64,000 nt of DNA from Thermoproteota archaeon (GCA_029258885.1 JAPDJW010000003.1:64001-128000); one strand, 5' to 3'. Shown: positions 29,337 to 40,365, counted from the stretch's first letter. Numbers and translations are program-made. Notes: a model not told the origin generated them from the sequence alone.

Positions 29337-30188
29337 TTAGCCTAGAATCCTGCCTGCAATATCCTTGATTGTTTCGGGGAATATTCTCCTAGAATACTTT
29401 CTCTCCCACTCTACAACTTCTCTAGAGTTAATATCCATGGTTTCCCTTAGGCGTTTCCCTCTACCGCTACCGTATTCCTCTAAGACTTCCGAAACCCTAT
29501 TAGCTTCATCCCTTAAGCCAAGGTAGGCGAGGAGGTAACGTATCCTCCATAGGAGCGGTCTAAATACGAAGGCTGCATACTTCTCCTCTAACCTATAAAC
29601 CTCAAGCGAATTCTCGCCGTATTCTCCGGTAAATTTCTCCAGCAACCTATTGAACTCCTTAACTTTCAGTAAAGCCTCCTCAAGAACAGCCCTCAAGGTT
29701 TCATCCTTAATACCCCTAACACCGTAGCGTTCAAAATGCATAACTTCAACTGGACGCCTTTTCCCCGGATTCCTCTCCTCTATCCTCGGATAGCCAACAG
29801 GCACGATACAGTTCACCTTAACTTCATCCGGTATGCTCAGTATCTCCCTAACTGCATCCCTTTGGAAGGAGCCGACGATACATCCCTCTAAACCCATCAT
29901 ATGAGCCGCCAGCAGGAGGTTTTCCACTGCACAGGCAACGTTAAACTCCCTACCACCTATAAAAACAAAGATCACACCAGCCTCGCTAATAAATTCTTGA
30001 TTTAAAGAAATCTTCGCCAGCTTTCTCTTAACCTCGGGATCGGTAACTACGATAACCTCCCAGCATGCCATGTTACCGCCAGCAGGAGCCTGACAGGCAG
30101 CCCAAACAAGTTTCTCTATAATCTCCACAGGCAATCTTTCACGTTTAAACTTCCTACAACTTCTTCTCCCTTCCAATACCTCGAACAT
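29337..30188 (-). CDS. nitroreductase family protein with helical C-terminal extension
   Basis: RRSCRKF, QAPAGGN, ENLLLAAH, VPVGYP. Confidence 0.88.
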   Translation of the reverse strand: MFEVLEGRRSCRKFKRERLPVEIIEKLVWAACQAPAGGNMACWEVIVVTDPEVKRKLAKISLNQEFISEAGVIFVFIGGREFNVACAVENLLLAAHMMGLEGCIVGSFQRDAVREILSIPDEVKVNCIVPVGYPRIEERNPGKRRPVEVMHFERYGVRGIKDETLRAVLEEALLKVKEFNRLLEKFTGEYGENSLEVYRLEEKYAAFVFRPLLWRIRYLLAYLGLRDEANRVSEVLEEYGSGRGKRLRETMDINSREVVEWERKYSRRIFPETIKDIAGRILG

Positions 30189-30421
30189 ACAATAATATAG
30201 GCTTAAGCTCTATTTATCTTCAAGCTTAAACCAAGACGCCTACTACATCGCCTTAAATCATCTAAGCTTTAAATCTAAGTTTTAGCTTCAATGCTTAGAC
30301 TAGTTTTCAATGCTAATATTTTTCAATTTCACTCTACAGTTCTTTCTCTCGGAAAGCTCTGCCTAGAGAGAATCTCTATACTTAACGTGTCCTCCCGCCA
30401 TTGGAGATATTGACGTTTAAA

Positions 30422-30769
30422 TCATCCTTCAAGGATCCACTTTGCAATGTCTTCCAAGACCTTCCAGCAACATTCATCCATCCCAGCTAGCTCCTCCGAG
30501 ATATTAAAGGTAGAATACAAGCCGTGGTTTGCATATTCATATATAAGGATAGCCTTCCTTGTCTTAAGTCTTTTGTACAATTCCTTTGCTCCTTTATAGT
30601 CAACGACTACGTCTCTCCTCCCTTGAACTATGAGTGTTAGAACCTTTACCTTAGGTGCTATCTTTAACAGAAATTTTCCTGAAATCTCCCTAAGACCCAA
30701 AGCATTCCTTTTCACTTGATTTATCTCCTTTATTCTCGGATAGCCTATTAATATTAACCGTCCGTCCCC
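30422..30769 (-). pseudogene. C-terminal fragment of an alpha/beta hydrolase
   Basis: TLIVQGRRDVVV...YANHGL (Asp and His of the triad); no GxSxG N-terminal half; in-frame stop at 30770-30772. Confidence 0.6.
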
Positions 30770-30912
30770 CTATGACCTACTATTTTAGACGAAGAGTATT
30801 CTTTAAACAAATCTTTCCTTGTTCCGAATTAGACACAGATATAATTATTTATGGTATCCTAAGGCTGCTATAGGCTTATAAGCGACTATATTTTATACTT
30901 AATGGTGCCTGA

Positions 30913-33876
30913 ATGTTCAATAAAACTCTGCTCACAGTAATAATTATAGTTCTTATATTACATATTCAACTGCTTCACGCCAAACCTAAGAGCTACAGTG
31001 TTATTATATTTAGAGTGTATGGTGCGCCAGGAAAAATTAAAGCTTCAATAAATATAGAGGGAATAGGGACCTATACGAATATTTCAACAAGCAAAGGAGT
31101 TTTATGCTTCTATATACCGGGAGGCTTTAAAGATAGAATATTATATGCTGAGCTAACTATTGAAGGTAAATGGTATATATCACTACATGGAGAGCCCACC
31201 TATACTAAAGTTTACATAGACGGTAGGCGTAGATGGATTAAAGAGTACCCTGAGGTTCTATATTTAATAAATATTAGCGATTATCCAAGGAATATTTCAA
31301 GGTACTATGTTAAGATCACCCTCATAAAGGATCAGGAATATTCGCTTAATGGAACCACATATACTTTTTATAGGGAAATAGAGTTACATCTTAGGAAGCC
31401 TAGGTTGTTTATAACTAAATCTGTACGCATTACTTTAGATAATCCATTTAGGATAAGGATATTCTTCAGGAATTTAATATTTAATTTAGATAATTCCGTA
31501 TTTGTATGTCCACCTGAAGCCCCTGAGGCTCAAGTCTTATTATCTATGAATGTTCCAGCCAGTTCGGGAACATATTCTGATGAGTACACTTTCAATGTAT
31601 CCTTAATCGACCTACCAACTTATGGAGGATTTTTCGATCTAAGAACATACCTAATTCGTAAGATAGGTAATATTATAGTTGAGAGATATGGGGAGATGGT
31701 CGGCTTAAGTAGGTTCTTAGGCGTAAGCGCAAAGGTATATGAGTATAAGTTACATGCTATTAAGGGTTTACTTAATGCATCATGTTATATGTCAAAGAGC
31801 GGTAGTCAAGGATTTAATACAGCTTTAACAAAGGCTGTTGCCATATACTTCGAGCTAAGAAGTAGCTTAAGACATGCTATGCTTCAATCTTTCCTTTATA
31901 TGCCTATGGTTATTGCCTGCATTTTTATTTTCTCTTCTATAATTTCAAAGATATTTATAGAGAAAAGAAGGTATATTGTTACTGCATTAGTTTTTATTGC
32001 TATATTAATGATAATGTTCACATATTCCTACGAATTTAGGCTCTTCATATATACTTGGAGAGAACTGTCAGAACCTTACTCAAGCCTACAGCTTATACCG
32101 GGAGCAATAAGATATAACTATATTCTTGCTGGAGCTTTTACATTACTTCTCGGACTTTTCGCTTCAGTTTTCTTCTCCTATATAATACTATCTTCGGATA
32201 GACTAAACTATACATATCTCATTTTTAAGCGGAGGAAACTTAGACTAGCGCTTATAATAGTGACTGTTTCCATAGTTTCCTCAGCCATCATAGTTCATGG
32301 AGCTTTCATAAGCGGTCCAGTTGAAAAGGTGAGTTACAGGAGCCAATATTCTGAATACTACTTCATCACGTTTTATGGTTACCTCATTAATAGGAAATAT
32401 ATTCAAACAGTTGATGGAATAGTTCTAAAAGACTTAAGCAAATATACCTATCTTAGCCTGGGAGAATATCTCTGGATCTCTAATTTCTCCAGCGACTCTA
32501 ATGTAGTGGCTAAGAAGATAGTTAAGGTAAGCTATGGCGATAAAACAACTTATTTAAATGCCTATGCACTAAATCTAAGCTTTACAGCTAAATATCTAGA
32601 ATTTTATAGGTATGTTAACGGGTCTATAAACGGTGCGCTGCTTAGTAGCAGGGCATTTAATGAGCTGAACATATCTATTGGTAATTCTATTTCAGTTGAC
32701 GGCATTAGCTACGTAGTTTCAGGTTATTTCAACTATAGCATAATTAACTTGAAGGATTTGGACGGGGACCCGCTTTTCCGTGATCCAGTTAAAGGCGTAT
32801 TTGAAGCTCCTGATCTAATAGTTCCATTAAATGCTATAGACTCTACGTGGGCGATTATAAAAATTAGTATAATACTTAATTCGCTCAACGACATATCTAA
32901 AGCCCTTACGTATATAAGGGAAGGAGGCACAGTCATCAGGGGAATTGCTGAGCCTGATGGTTTTAATATAGTAGGCTATACTTATAGCTGCCTAATAGGC
33001 GGGGAGGGCGGGATAGTGGAAAGGGTATATGTGGATCTTCAGGGCGCGATAGTTGGCGATTGGATCGTACAAGCGGTTATAGTAGCCATATCCGTTCTTA
33101 TGATATCAATTAATGCTTTAGCCAGCTCAATTGAGAGGAGAAGAGAGTTTAAAACAATTTCATGTCTTGGAGCAAATCCAAGCTATATAATCGTTGAAGT
33201 TATATCGGAGGGTGCATCCATAGGTATCATTAGTGGTCTATTAGGATACTTTGTAGGAGAGATACTAGTATTTGCATACTGGAATATTTTAGGGACGGCT
33301 ACAATGTTTCCTCGAGTCCATATGGGTAGCTTAGTGTTAGCTCTACTAGTATCTATGATTTCAACTATTATGGGTTATCTATTGCCAGCTAGGAATGCTA
33401 TAAAAAATATTATTCCAAGCCAGCTAATAGAGAGGAGAAAGGGTAAATTCATCAGGACTTCGAGTAGTGAAATAAAGCTTACGCCTATTATTAAGTTAAA
33501 GTCTGATGAACTAAACATGTTTAAGGATTTCATGTTAACACGTTTTGTTAGATCATTGAATGAAGAGGGATTATACGGAATACGCATATATGACGTTAGG
33601 CTAATAGAGGATGAGAAAGTGCTGAGAATTGTTATGAATGGATATTTCAAGAGCCCATTTACATCCAAGAACATTGAGTTAAATATAATTACGATCCTAA
33701 AGCTTGATGAGGAGATGCTTCAGCCAGTTTTTGTAATAAAGTCAAAATACTTAAACCTAATGTTCTCGAGCGATTTAATAAATTTAATTAATAGAATAAG
33801 GGAGGCTTTAATGGAGTATATAAGTTTCAAGAAGGAAAAGCTTTTCATAAAGAGGATTCCTGTCGGGAATGCCTAA
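30913..33876 (+). CDS. large MacB/FtsX-type permease (987 aa)
   Basis: Signal peptide, ~330-aa ectodomain, TM bundle, MacB-like external domain, SIERRREFKTISCLGANP FtsX motif, cytoplasmic C-tail. Confidence 0.8.
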   Translation: MFNKTLLTVIIIVLILHIQLLHAKPKSYSVIIFRVYGAPGKIKASINIEGIGTYTNISTSKGVLCFYIPGGFKDRILYAELTIEGKWYISLHGEPTYTKVYIDGRRRWIKEYPEVLYLINISDYPRNISRYYVKITLIKDQEYSLNGTTYTFYREIELHLRKPRLFITKSVRITLDNPFRIRIFFRNLIFNLDNSVFVCPPEAPEAQVLLSMNVPASSGTYSDEYTFNVSLIDLPTYGGFFDLRTYLIRKIGNIIVERYGEMVGLSRFLGVSAKVYEYKLHAIKGLLNASCYMSKSGSQGFNTALTKAVAIYFELRSSLRHAMLQSFLYMPMVIACIFIFSSIISKIFIEKRRYIVTALVFIAILMIMFTYSYEFRLFIYTWRELSEPYSSLQLIPGAIRYNYILAGAFTLLLGLFASVFFSYIILSSDRLNYTYLIFKRRKLRLALIIVTVSIVSSAIIVHGAFISGPVEKVSYRSQYSEYYFITFYGYLINRKYIQTVDGIVLKDLSKYTYLSLGEYLWISNFSSDSNVVAKKIVKVSYGDKTTYLNAYALNLSFTAKYLEFYRYVNGSINGALLSSRAFNELNISIGNSISVDGISYVVSGYFNYSIINLKDLDGDPLFRDPVKGVFEAPDLIVPLNAIDSTWAIIKISIILNSLNDISKALTYIREGGTVIRGIAEPDGFNIVGYTYSCLIGGEGGIVERVYVDLQGAIVGDWIVQAVIVAISVLMISINALASSIERRREFKTISCLGANPSYIIVEVISEGASIGIISGLLGYFVGEILVFAYWNILGTATMFPRVHMGSLVLALLVSMISTIMGYLLPARNAIKNIIPSQLIERRKGKFIRTSSSEIKLTPIIKLKSDELNMFKDFMLTRFVRSLNEEGLYGIRIYDVRLIEDEKVLRIVMNGYFKSPFTSKNIELNIITILKLDEEMLQPVFVIKSKYLNLMFSSDLINLINRIREALMEYISFKKEKLFIKRIPVGNA

Positions 33877-35945
33877 CTTTTTAAATACAGGATAATACTC
33901 CTTGGAGGTATTTTCAGTTTTTCACCATTTAACTTAAAGCTGGAATCTTTGTCTGTGTAGTTTATAATCAATATCACCCTATTATCGCCTAACCGCCATG
34001 CGGAGATTAGAACAGGTTTTGTCTTTAATTTAACTACCTCTACTTCGTGGGGCAGCGTGTAGATTGATCTCCTAAGCAACCTTATATCGAGTTCATCTTC
34101 GATTTCAGCGCATAATTTATCAATATATCCTCCGAAGATGTATGGCCTTAAAGCCCCATACATGAGGGCTAAATTAATGAAAAACTTGATTTCTTTAACA
34201 TGTTTCTTAAGTACTTCAAGCGTTAGGTTGTGTATTGTTGGGATACAGCCCCACGAGAGAGCCCTCGAAGTCTCTAATGAAAATTGAAGTTCCTTATCAT
34301 ATAGTGGCTTATAGGAAAGCTCTGGCTTTTTATCTTCAGGCCATAGTTCATCGTAAGGAGGTTTATCCGTAAGCATTGCATAGCTTCCATAGAATAGTAT
34401 GTAGCCATTATATACGTAGTTAAAGAGTGGGATGGGACGCCATTTACCATGTATGGCTCTATACCTGCCGTACCTTTCTGAACTATTATCCAGCACGAGG
34501 AATAAGTGGAATAGATCCAAGTATGCCTCAGAGCACTCCTCGGTTGCTAAAATAACATCTCCTTTAACCTCCCTATATATTTCCTCTATTATGCGTCGAT
34601 ACCCCTCAACCCAGTAATTTCCACCGCCCAAACTGTGACCATGCTCTTTATCATAGCAGAGGGGAGGGGCTGCTGCTGCAATTTGATCCAGATATACTCC
34701 ATCAACTCCGTATTCAAGTACAAGCTTCTTAACCATGCTAACGATCTTGTTCCTCCAAAAGCCTGTATAAGGACACATCACAGCCATTGGGTGATCCATG
34801 AATCTATTATAGTGCTCCTCATACAGTTCACCAGCAGAATTCTTAGTAGCATATTTATATGCCTTTTCATCTGTCCAGCTTTTACACGTTGTATCCCATA
34901 GTCTAGCATTAACGTAGATTATAGTTACGAAGCCCCTTTCACGTAGTTCCTTAACAGTTTCAATAAACTTATCCTCTCCATCTCTGGGAGGAAAGTATTC
35001 GGGGACGTTAACATCGTAGGGATTTGAATGCCACCAGTGCCACATTAGACCTATTCTTCCGTAAGGGGCAAGGTGTCTAAATCTTATCGCTGGATCAGCG
35101 ACTTTATCACATCTGCCCCTATTCCAGATCCAACAAACAACTTCCTTAAGCCTCTCAGGAAAATCGTCTCTATTTATTATCTTGCCCCGCCTACACCACC
35201 ACTGCTTTAAGCCCCATCTCCTATACTTATCCGCAGCATCCATCCAGTTGCCGTCAAAGGGCAGTATATGCATGCTATATGGAATCGTTAATAAGCTACT
35301 ACCAATGCCTTCATCTGGAGGAAAGTATGTAAAACACACACTCTTCCCTGAGGATATTCTTAGCTCCTTAACGTAGCCCTTGCTATCGTCAAGGAACGCT
35401 ACTAATCCGCTTCTCCCAATACTATAGCCGAAGAACTGCATTGATAGGGGAGACGGATACCTGTATTTTAAGTAGTGTTTCTTTAAGGTCTCCTGAGGCT
35501 TAAAGACTTCTATGCCTTGATGATCAGGTATTATCAATGAGGCACTTAAACTATCGCTGTTTCCAAGATGGATAAAAGGATAAGATATTTCGCGTATCTC
35601 GAGACTGGGGGCTTTAGTTACCATTAGCTTAAGCTTTACTCCTCCGTATTGGCTAGGGCTAAGGGAAGCTACTACCTCCTTGATTTCTTTAAATGGAAAC
35701 TCTCTCCATTTTAAATATACTATATCTCTCTCGTGTTCGCATGTAAAATATTCGGCGGATTTCGAATCTACGTCTTTTAGAGATTTTATCAGCCACAGCT
35801 CTTTTTCTTCGTCAATTCTAGATATAGTTACTTTCTTCTCTAGATCCTCTATAGCTCTAATGCATCCCCTATTACCTAGCTCAATACCTATTTTTCCGAA
35901 CCTAAAAAATATATTATTTGAATCTCTTTGAGCTGAATTTATCAA
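33873..35945 (-). CDS. putative glycoside hydrolase (DUF6259-like, TIM barrel)
   Basis: N-terminal beta-sandwich, WHWW...PEYFP, YVNARLWD, GVDGVYLDQ, TEECSE; no signal peptide. Confidence 0.7.
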   Translation of the reverse strand: MINSAQRDSNNIFFRFGKIGIELGNRGCIRAIEDLEKKVTISRIDEEKELWLIKSLKDVDSKSAEYFTCEHERDIVYLKWREFPFKEIKEVVASLSPSQYGGVKLKLMVTKAPSLEIREISYPFIHLGNSDSLSASLIIPDHQGIEVFKPQETLKKHYLKYRYPSPLSMQFFGYSIGRSGLVAFLDDSKGYVKELRISSGKSVCFTYFPPDEGIGSSLLTIPYSMHILPFDGNWMDAADKYRRWGLKQWWCRRGKIINRDDFPERLKEVVCWIWNRGRCDKVADPAIRFRHLAPYGRIGLMWHWWHSNPYDVNVPEYFPPRDGEDKFIETVKELRERGFVTIIYVNARLWDTTCKSWTDEKAYKYATKNSAGELYEEHYNRFMDHPMAVMCPYTGFWRNKIVSMVKKLVLEYGVDGVYLDQIAAAAPPLCYDKEHGHSLGGGNYWVEGYRRIIEEIYREVKGDVILATEECSEAYLDLFHLFLVLDNSSERYGRYRAIHGKWRPIPLFNYVYNGYILFYGSYAMLTDKPPYDELWPEDKKPELSYKPLYDKELQFSLETSRALSWGCIPTIHNLTLEVLKKHVKEIKFFINLALMYGALRPYIFGGYIDKLCAEIEDELDIRLLRRSIYTLPHEVEVVKLKTKPVLISAWRLGDNRVILIINYTDKDSSFKLNGEKLKIPPRSIILYLKS

Positions 35946-38900
35946 TATATTCCCTCCTCATTTCAGGCTTTAGCGATCTCCAAACTAGAAGCTGCTTCCT
36001 AATGGCGTCTATAAAGTTCCTGCTTGATAACACCCACGTATCATATACTCCGCTAAGCCTTCTAAGCATAATATCTAGGAAGTGTCTATCCCCTCTCCTT
36101 ATCACGGTTATAGTGGCCTTAGTTATTATCTTAGCCTCATAGGGGGCAAGCGATAAAACTATGTCAACTGAAGGAACCTCGGGATCGAACTTAACTTCCC
36201 TTATAATAAACTTCTCAACGGTTTCCCTCTTATGAAGCTCGGCATATTCGTACAGGAATAGCAGTGCGCCGCCCGCCTCTAGGATGTTCGTGAATACGAA
36301 TGGAAGAGGTATTTCCCATTCATCGCCTCTTGGCTTTGTGGGGAGCTCCCACTTTCTAGCTAGGGATGGCGTTACAAGCCTAGCGGCCTTGTAAATCGGG
36401 TATATGGAGGGGATTAGGGTTGCTGCCATGGCGAAAATCATCGAGAAGAGCACGGCCATTGAGGTATAGTTTACTATGAATGTCTCTGGAAGTACGTTGA
36501 ATGCCTTAAGTATGTGATTGAAGAGTAGGCCTAGCGTGTATCCCACTAGCGTCGATATGAAGGCGAAAACTAATAACTCGCCTAAGAATAGGAAAATGAC
36601 GCCGGACGGCGGAAGACCTAAGGCTGAATAAATACTCATTTCCCTCTCCCTCATCTTGAGGACATTCAACATGCTGTTTAATATAGTGCCTGATCCGATC
36701 AGCAGAGGTATTAGTATGAATGCAAGCCCCCTAAACTCGTAGGCCGGAAGCCTAGAGAACAGCGAGACCTTGCCATTATAGCTATAGTATACTTCAAGAT
36801 CTAGGCTCATTGCGATAGTTCTGGCGATATCCTCTCCCTCCTCCTTCAGGTATATAGATATGCTCGATACATGTCCACCAAGTCTTTTAACTAAATTATG
36901 AGGAAGTATTAGTACTTCGCTAGCTGATAGGGGTACATAGCTATCGGATCCTCCGGGAACCGATTTCTTGAGGGTTGCAACCATGAGATTTGGATTAAAT
37001 GGCATAATGCTCTCCTGATCGAGATCCAGGTAGCTGTTAATTACATCTGATGCAACTATGCCTACAACCTTAAGCTTCATACCCTGCCACCACACCCAGT
37101 CTCCAACGCTCACGTTAAGTTTCTCGGATACCTTATCCGCCAGGATACATGCATAGTAGTCGTACTCATCGAAGCCCCTGCCCTCTACGATGCTTGACCT
37201 GAACAATTCATTATATTTAAATTCACCCGGTGAGAGGCCTAGGGCAGCATATATCACAGTTTTCTTATCTTTTGCTTCCAAATATGCAAACACCTGGTCT
37301 CCAAATACGGATTGAGGATAGTACCACAGTCTTGGAGCTACCGCGCCTCTATCGCCTACCATCGACCTAAGGTATTCTATTATTGAGTAGCTTAGAAAGT
37401 CCTTAGTAGTCTTCATCCCCTTTCTCATGTATATTCCGTTATACCTGGCTTCTACTGGGAGTTCGGTGCGCTTTAGCGTTACGAAGCTTTCAATTGAGGT
37501 TAGTGAAACCATGCTTAAAACGATGATTATTATTGTTAAGAATAATAATATGCTCAGGAACTTTCTCCTCCTAATATTTCCCATTGCAACGTGTACCGAG
37601 TGGATTATTATTGACGTTCTCTCCCTCTCAACTACGTGATGTTTAAGTATCTTCCTTCTGATCATTGATCCCATTTCTATTGCAGACTTCGTTAACACGA
37701 TACCGACTATTCCGAAGAAGAGAAGGGTCGATAGGCCAAGGTAGGCGATCGGTATATTTGCTACAAGCCTAAGGCTTGGATGAAGGAAATAAAATATCAC
37801 CAGGATGAGTGATGCGATAATTAGTATTGTAAAAAGCCTTTTAAGTCCTTCAAACTGGAGGGTTATTCTCTCTATAAAGAATACGGATGGTATTAGTAGG
37901 AAGAAGAAGAATACGCTTATAATTGCGGGTTCATTAACTAGCCTCATGACCTCACTATAGTATACCATCCCAAGGCTCCACGAGGCTAGGGCATAAGCAT
38001 ATGCTTTACTATATTTCCTTTCCTTCAGACTGGCTAGGCATAGGCTATGATACTCTTCCATGGCCTTTATGTTCTCCTCTAAAGCTATGTTCTCGATCAT
38101 ATTCTTCTTTAGGTTAGAGTATCTGGTTGAGATTATTGTGGCTATGTCGTTGGAGGCATTAATTGCTGAGAGTATTATCTCAGCGCCTCTCTGAACCTTA
38201 TAGCCGTAGCCGTCTGGATGAAGCTGTGACGAATTAATAAGAACTACTGAAGTTCTCTTTTCAGGTCCTACCTTCAATATAAGTGCAAACCTTGAACCCG
38301 GAGGCGTGAATATAGTCGCTATTCCCTCGCTGGGTACATAGACGAAGCCATACCTTATGAACTCGCTTAGGGTGGAGACATCGTATATCATAATCGTTGG
38401 AACCATATTTACCCATGGAGTATTAAGGAATCTAGAATCTAAAAGCACGGGCTCGGATATTCTGGATATATCGTAAAGATCAATGATTGTTGCCGAAGCG
38501 CAGGAGAAGACTACCGTTGTAAGCTGGTATGGATGTGAATCCACTAGACTCCAGAATAGTATTGATTTCGAGCCATACTGACCTAGATCGGGGGCCTTAA
38601 CTATGAGGCCTGTATTCCCATCTAGAAGGTATGCTTCGGTATAATATCCTATACCTTCCTTCTGCAGTATTTGTACTCCGCCAGCTCCCCAAAGCACGGT
38701 CCCGCCTATGGCTGAGCCTACTCCTAGACCATGCACGACAAACCCGCCGGTTTCATTACATTTAACTATGATGTGCATGAAGGGGTATGTTGAGCTTGGA
38801 CTCCTTGTAACCACTGCAAGGGCATATGGAACTCTGTCGTACCAGTTCTTAGTGTAATTAAATTCTAGTACCTTACCGTAGGCTGTTATAAACCCTGCTA

Positions 38901-40365
38901 GCTCGCCAGCCGGGCTATAGAATATTCTACTGGGCTTAACCATGCTCCAGTCAACGGAGAATTCGGGATCGTTCACAAAGCCATAAATTATTGCCGATGA
39001 AGCTAATGCTTGAATCCTAATATTCTCAAGATTGACGTATTTGATATCGCTCTTAGGAGTACCCCATCTATGTCTCAGTGAACCGCAGGTTCTAAGTGCA
39101 AGCCCCATTCCATGGGCCATGGTAACGGGCTCTATATCCAGCATAAATGGCCCAGAGATATCATCCCACCATCCCTCAACCACTAAGCCGTTCTCCACTA
39201 TACTCCCTAAATCTACGCCCAGCTGAGCCGATGCATCCTTAAGGTATTTATCGAAAACGTTTGGTATAACGTATTTCTGATACTTACTTAGAACTTGAAC
39301 GCTACCATAATCGTAGAAGTATCCTCTATAAGTTAATAATAGCCTATTATTATCCGACGATAGATCCAAGCCTACTACTACAAGTAGCTTCCTCTCACCA
39401 CTAATTATATCTTCAGAACCAAAGATAGCTTTCTCCATAAACTCCCTTGCGCCAGCAAGTGCCTGCCAGTGTCCCGAAACGAATACTAACCATAAGGTTC
39501 TCAGTGGTCTATTTTTAGAGAAGTATTCAGCTAAAAGGAGGAGTAGTGAGGGCGAAGTAGCTTCGTCCGCCCCAGGAGCTATAGCTGGGACAACAGACCA
39601 AGTATCGTAGTGTGCAATAACTGCTACTATCTCATCCTTCCTCTCACCCTCTATCTCCGCAACTATAATACTTGACTTTACAATTTCATAGTCCATGTTC
39701 ACGTGTATCCTAATTACCGAGTGATTTTCAGCTAACTGCTTAAGTAAAGCTCCTGTTTCACGATCAACATATAATCTGGGGAAGTACACGGGGGCTGAGG
39801 ATATCTTAGCTATAGCCTCCGGATAGCTGGTTTCATCAGGCTCTATAAATATAACCCCCCTGGCGCCAAACCTTAGCAGGTTTATCCAATTCTTTCCAGA
39901 GTTGAATTCAATCAGGGCTATGGAACCATATATATCCTTGTCGTCCAAATCCTCTAAATCCCCATCCCCAACATAGACAAGCCGTCCCTCAATTCCGGTT
40001 GGAGGAGTTTTACATGTCTGAACGTAGTTAGGCCAAAGAGCATAGGCGTTAAGCCTTAGACTTACGGGTTCAATAACTTCTATGTAAGAGCTCCTGTCAA
40101 GCGGCACCGTAACCTCGTATTCAATGATCCTATAACTCACGTTTATTTCCTTAAGTCGACTTACTATGAAGTTAGCTGCATCATTGCATCCACTGTACCC
40201 CGTAACCCTTGAGCCAAAGCTGGATAGCTTCTCAATATATTCTTTTAGCTTATTTACGTCGATACTATTGGCTAAACCTTCATAATCCATGGGTGGTGTT
40301 GCCTTAACATATGCTTGTAGGGCAAGTAAAAGTATTAGTAGCATTAGAGCTATTCTTGCCTTCAT
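35914..40365 (-). CDS. giant MacB/FtsX-type permease with N-terminal PA + M28-fold ectodomain
   Basis: Signal peptide MKARIAL (ATG 40365 preferred to 40425); SSFGSRVTGY, PA domain, AHYDT, APGADE, SGHW, LDLSSD; REREMSIYSALGL FtsX motif. Confidence 0.85.
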   Translation of the reverse strand: MKARIALMLLILLLALQAYVKATPPMDYEGLANSIDVNKLKEYIEKLSSFGSRVTGYSGCNDAANFIVSRLKEINVSYRIIEYEVTVPLDRSSYIEVIEPVSLRLNAYALWPNYVQTCKTPPTGIEGRLVYVGDGDLEDLDDKDIYGSIALIEFNSGKNWINLLRFGARGVIFIEPDETSYPEAIAKISSAPVYFPRLYVDRETGALLKQLAENHSVIRIHVNMDYEIVKSSIIVAEIEGERKDEIVAVIAHYDTWSVVPAIAPGADEATSPSLLLLLAEYFSKNRPLRTLWLVFVSGHWQALAGAREFMEKAIFGSEDIISGERKLLVVVGLDLSSDNNRLLLTYRGYFYDYGSVQVLSKYQKYVIPNVFDKYLKDASAQLGVDLGSIVENGLVVEGWWDDISGPFMLDIEPVTMAHGMGLALRTCGSLRHRWGTPKSDIKYVNLENIRIQALASSAIIYGFVNDPEFSVDWSMVKPSRIFYSPAGELAGFITAYGKVLEFNYTKNWYDRVPYALAVVTRSPSSTYPFMHIIVKCNETGGFVVHGLGVGSAIGGTVLWGAGGVQILQKEGIGYYTEAYLLDGNTGLIVKAPDLGQYGSKSILFWSLVDSHPYQLTTVVFSCASATIIDLYDISRISEPVLLDSRFLNTPWVNMVPTIMIYDVSTLSEFIRYGFVYVPSEGIATIFTPPGSRFALILKVGPEKRTSVVLINSSQLHPDGYGYKVQRGAEIILSAINASNDIATIISTRYSNLKKNMIENIALEENIKAMEEYHSLCLASLKERKYSKAYAYALASWSLGMVYYSEVMRLVNEPAIISVFFFFLLIPSVFFIERITLQFEGLKRLFTILIIASLILVIFYFLHPSLRLVANIPIAYLGLSTLLFFGIVGIVLTKSAIEMGSMIRRKILKHHVVERERTSIIIHSVHVAMGNIRRRKFLSILLFLTIIIIVLSMVSLTSIESFVTLKRTELPVEARYNGIYMRKGMKTTKDFLSYSIIEYLRSMVGDRGAVAPRLWYYPQSVFGDQVFAYLEAKDKKTVIYAALGLSPGEFKYNELFRSSIVEGRGFDEYDYYACILADKVSEKLNVSVGDWVWWQGMKLKVVGIVASDVINSYLDLDQESIMPFNPNLMVATLKKSVPGGSDSYVPLSASEVLILPHNLVKRLGGHVSSISIYLKEEGEDIARTIAMSLDLEVYYSYNGKVSLFSRLPAYEFRGLAFILIPLLIGSGTILNSMLNVLKMREREMSIYSALGLPPSGVIFLFLGELLVFAFISTLVGYTLGLLFNHILKAFNVLPETFIVNYTSMAVLFSMIFAMAATLIPSIYPIYKAARLVTPSLARKWELPTKPRGDEWEIPLPFVFTNILEAGGALLFLYEYAELHKRETVEKFIIREVKFDPEVPSVDIVLSLAPYEAKIITKATITVIRRGDRHFLDIMLRRLSGVYDTWVLSSRNFIDAIRKQLLVWRSLKPEMRREYIDKFSSKRFK

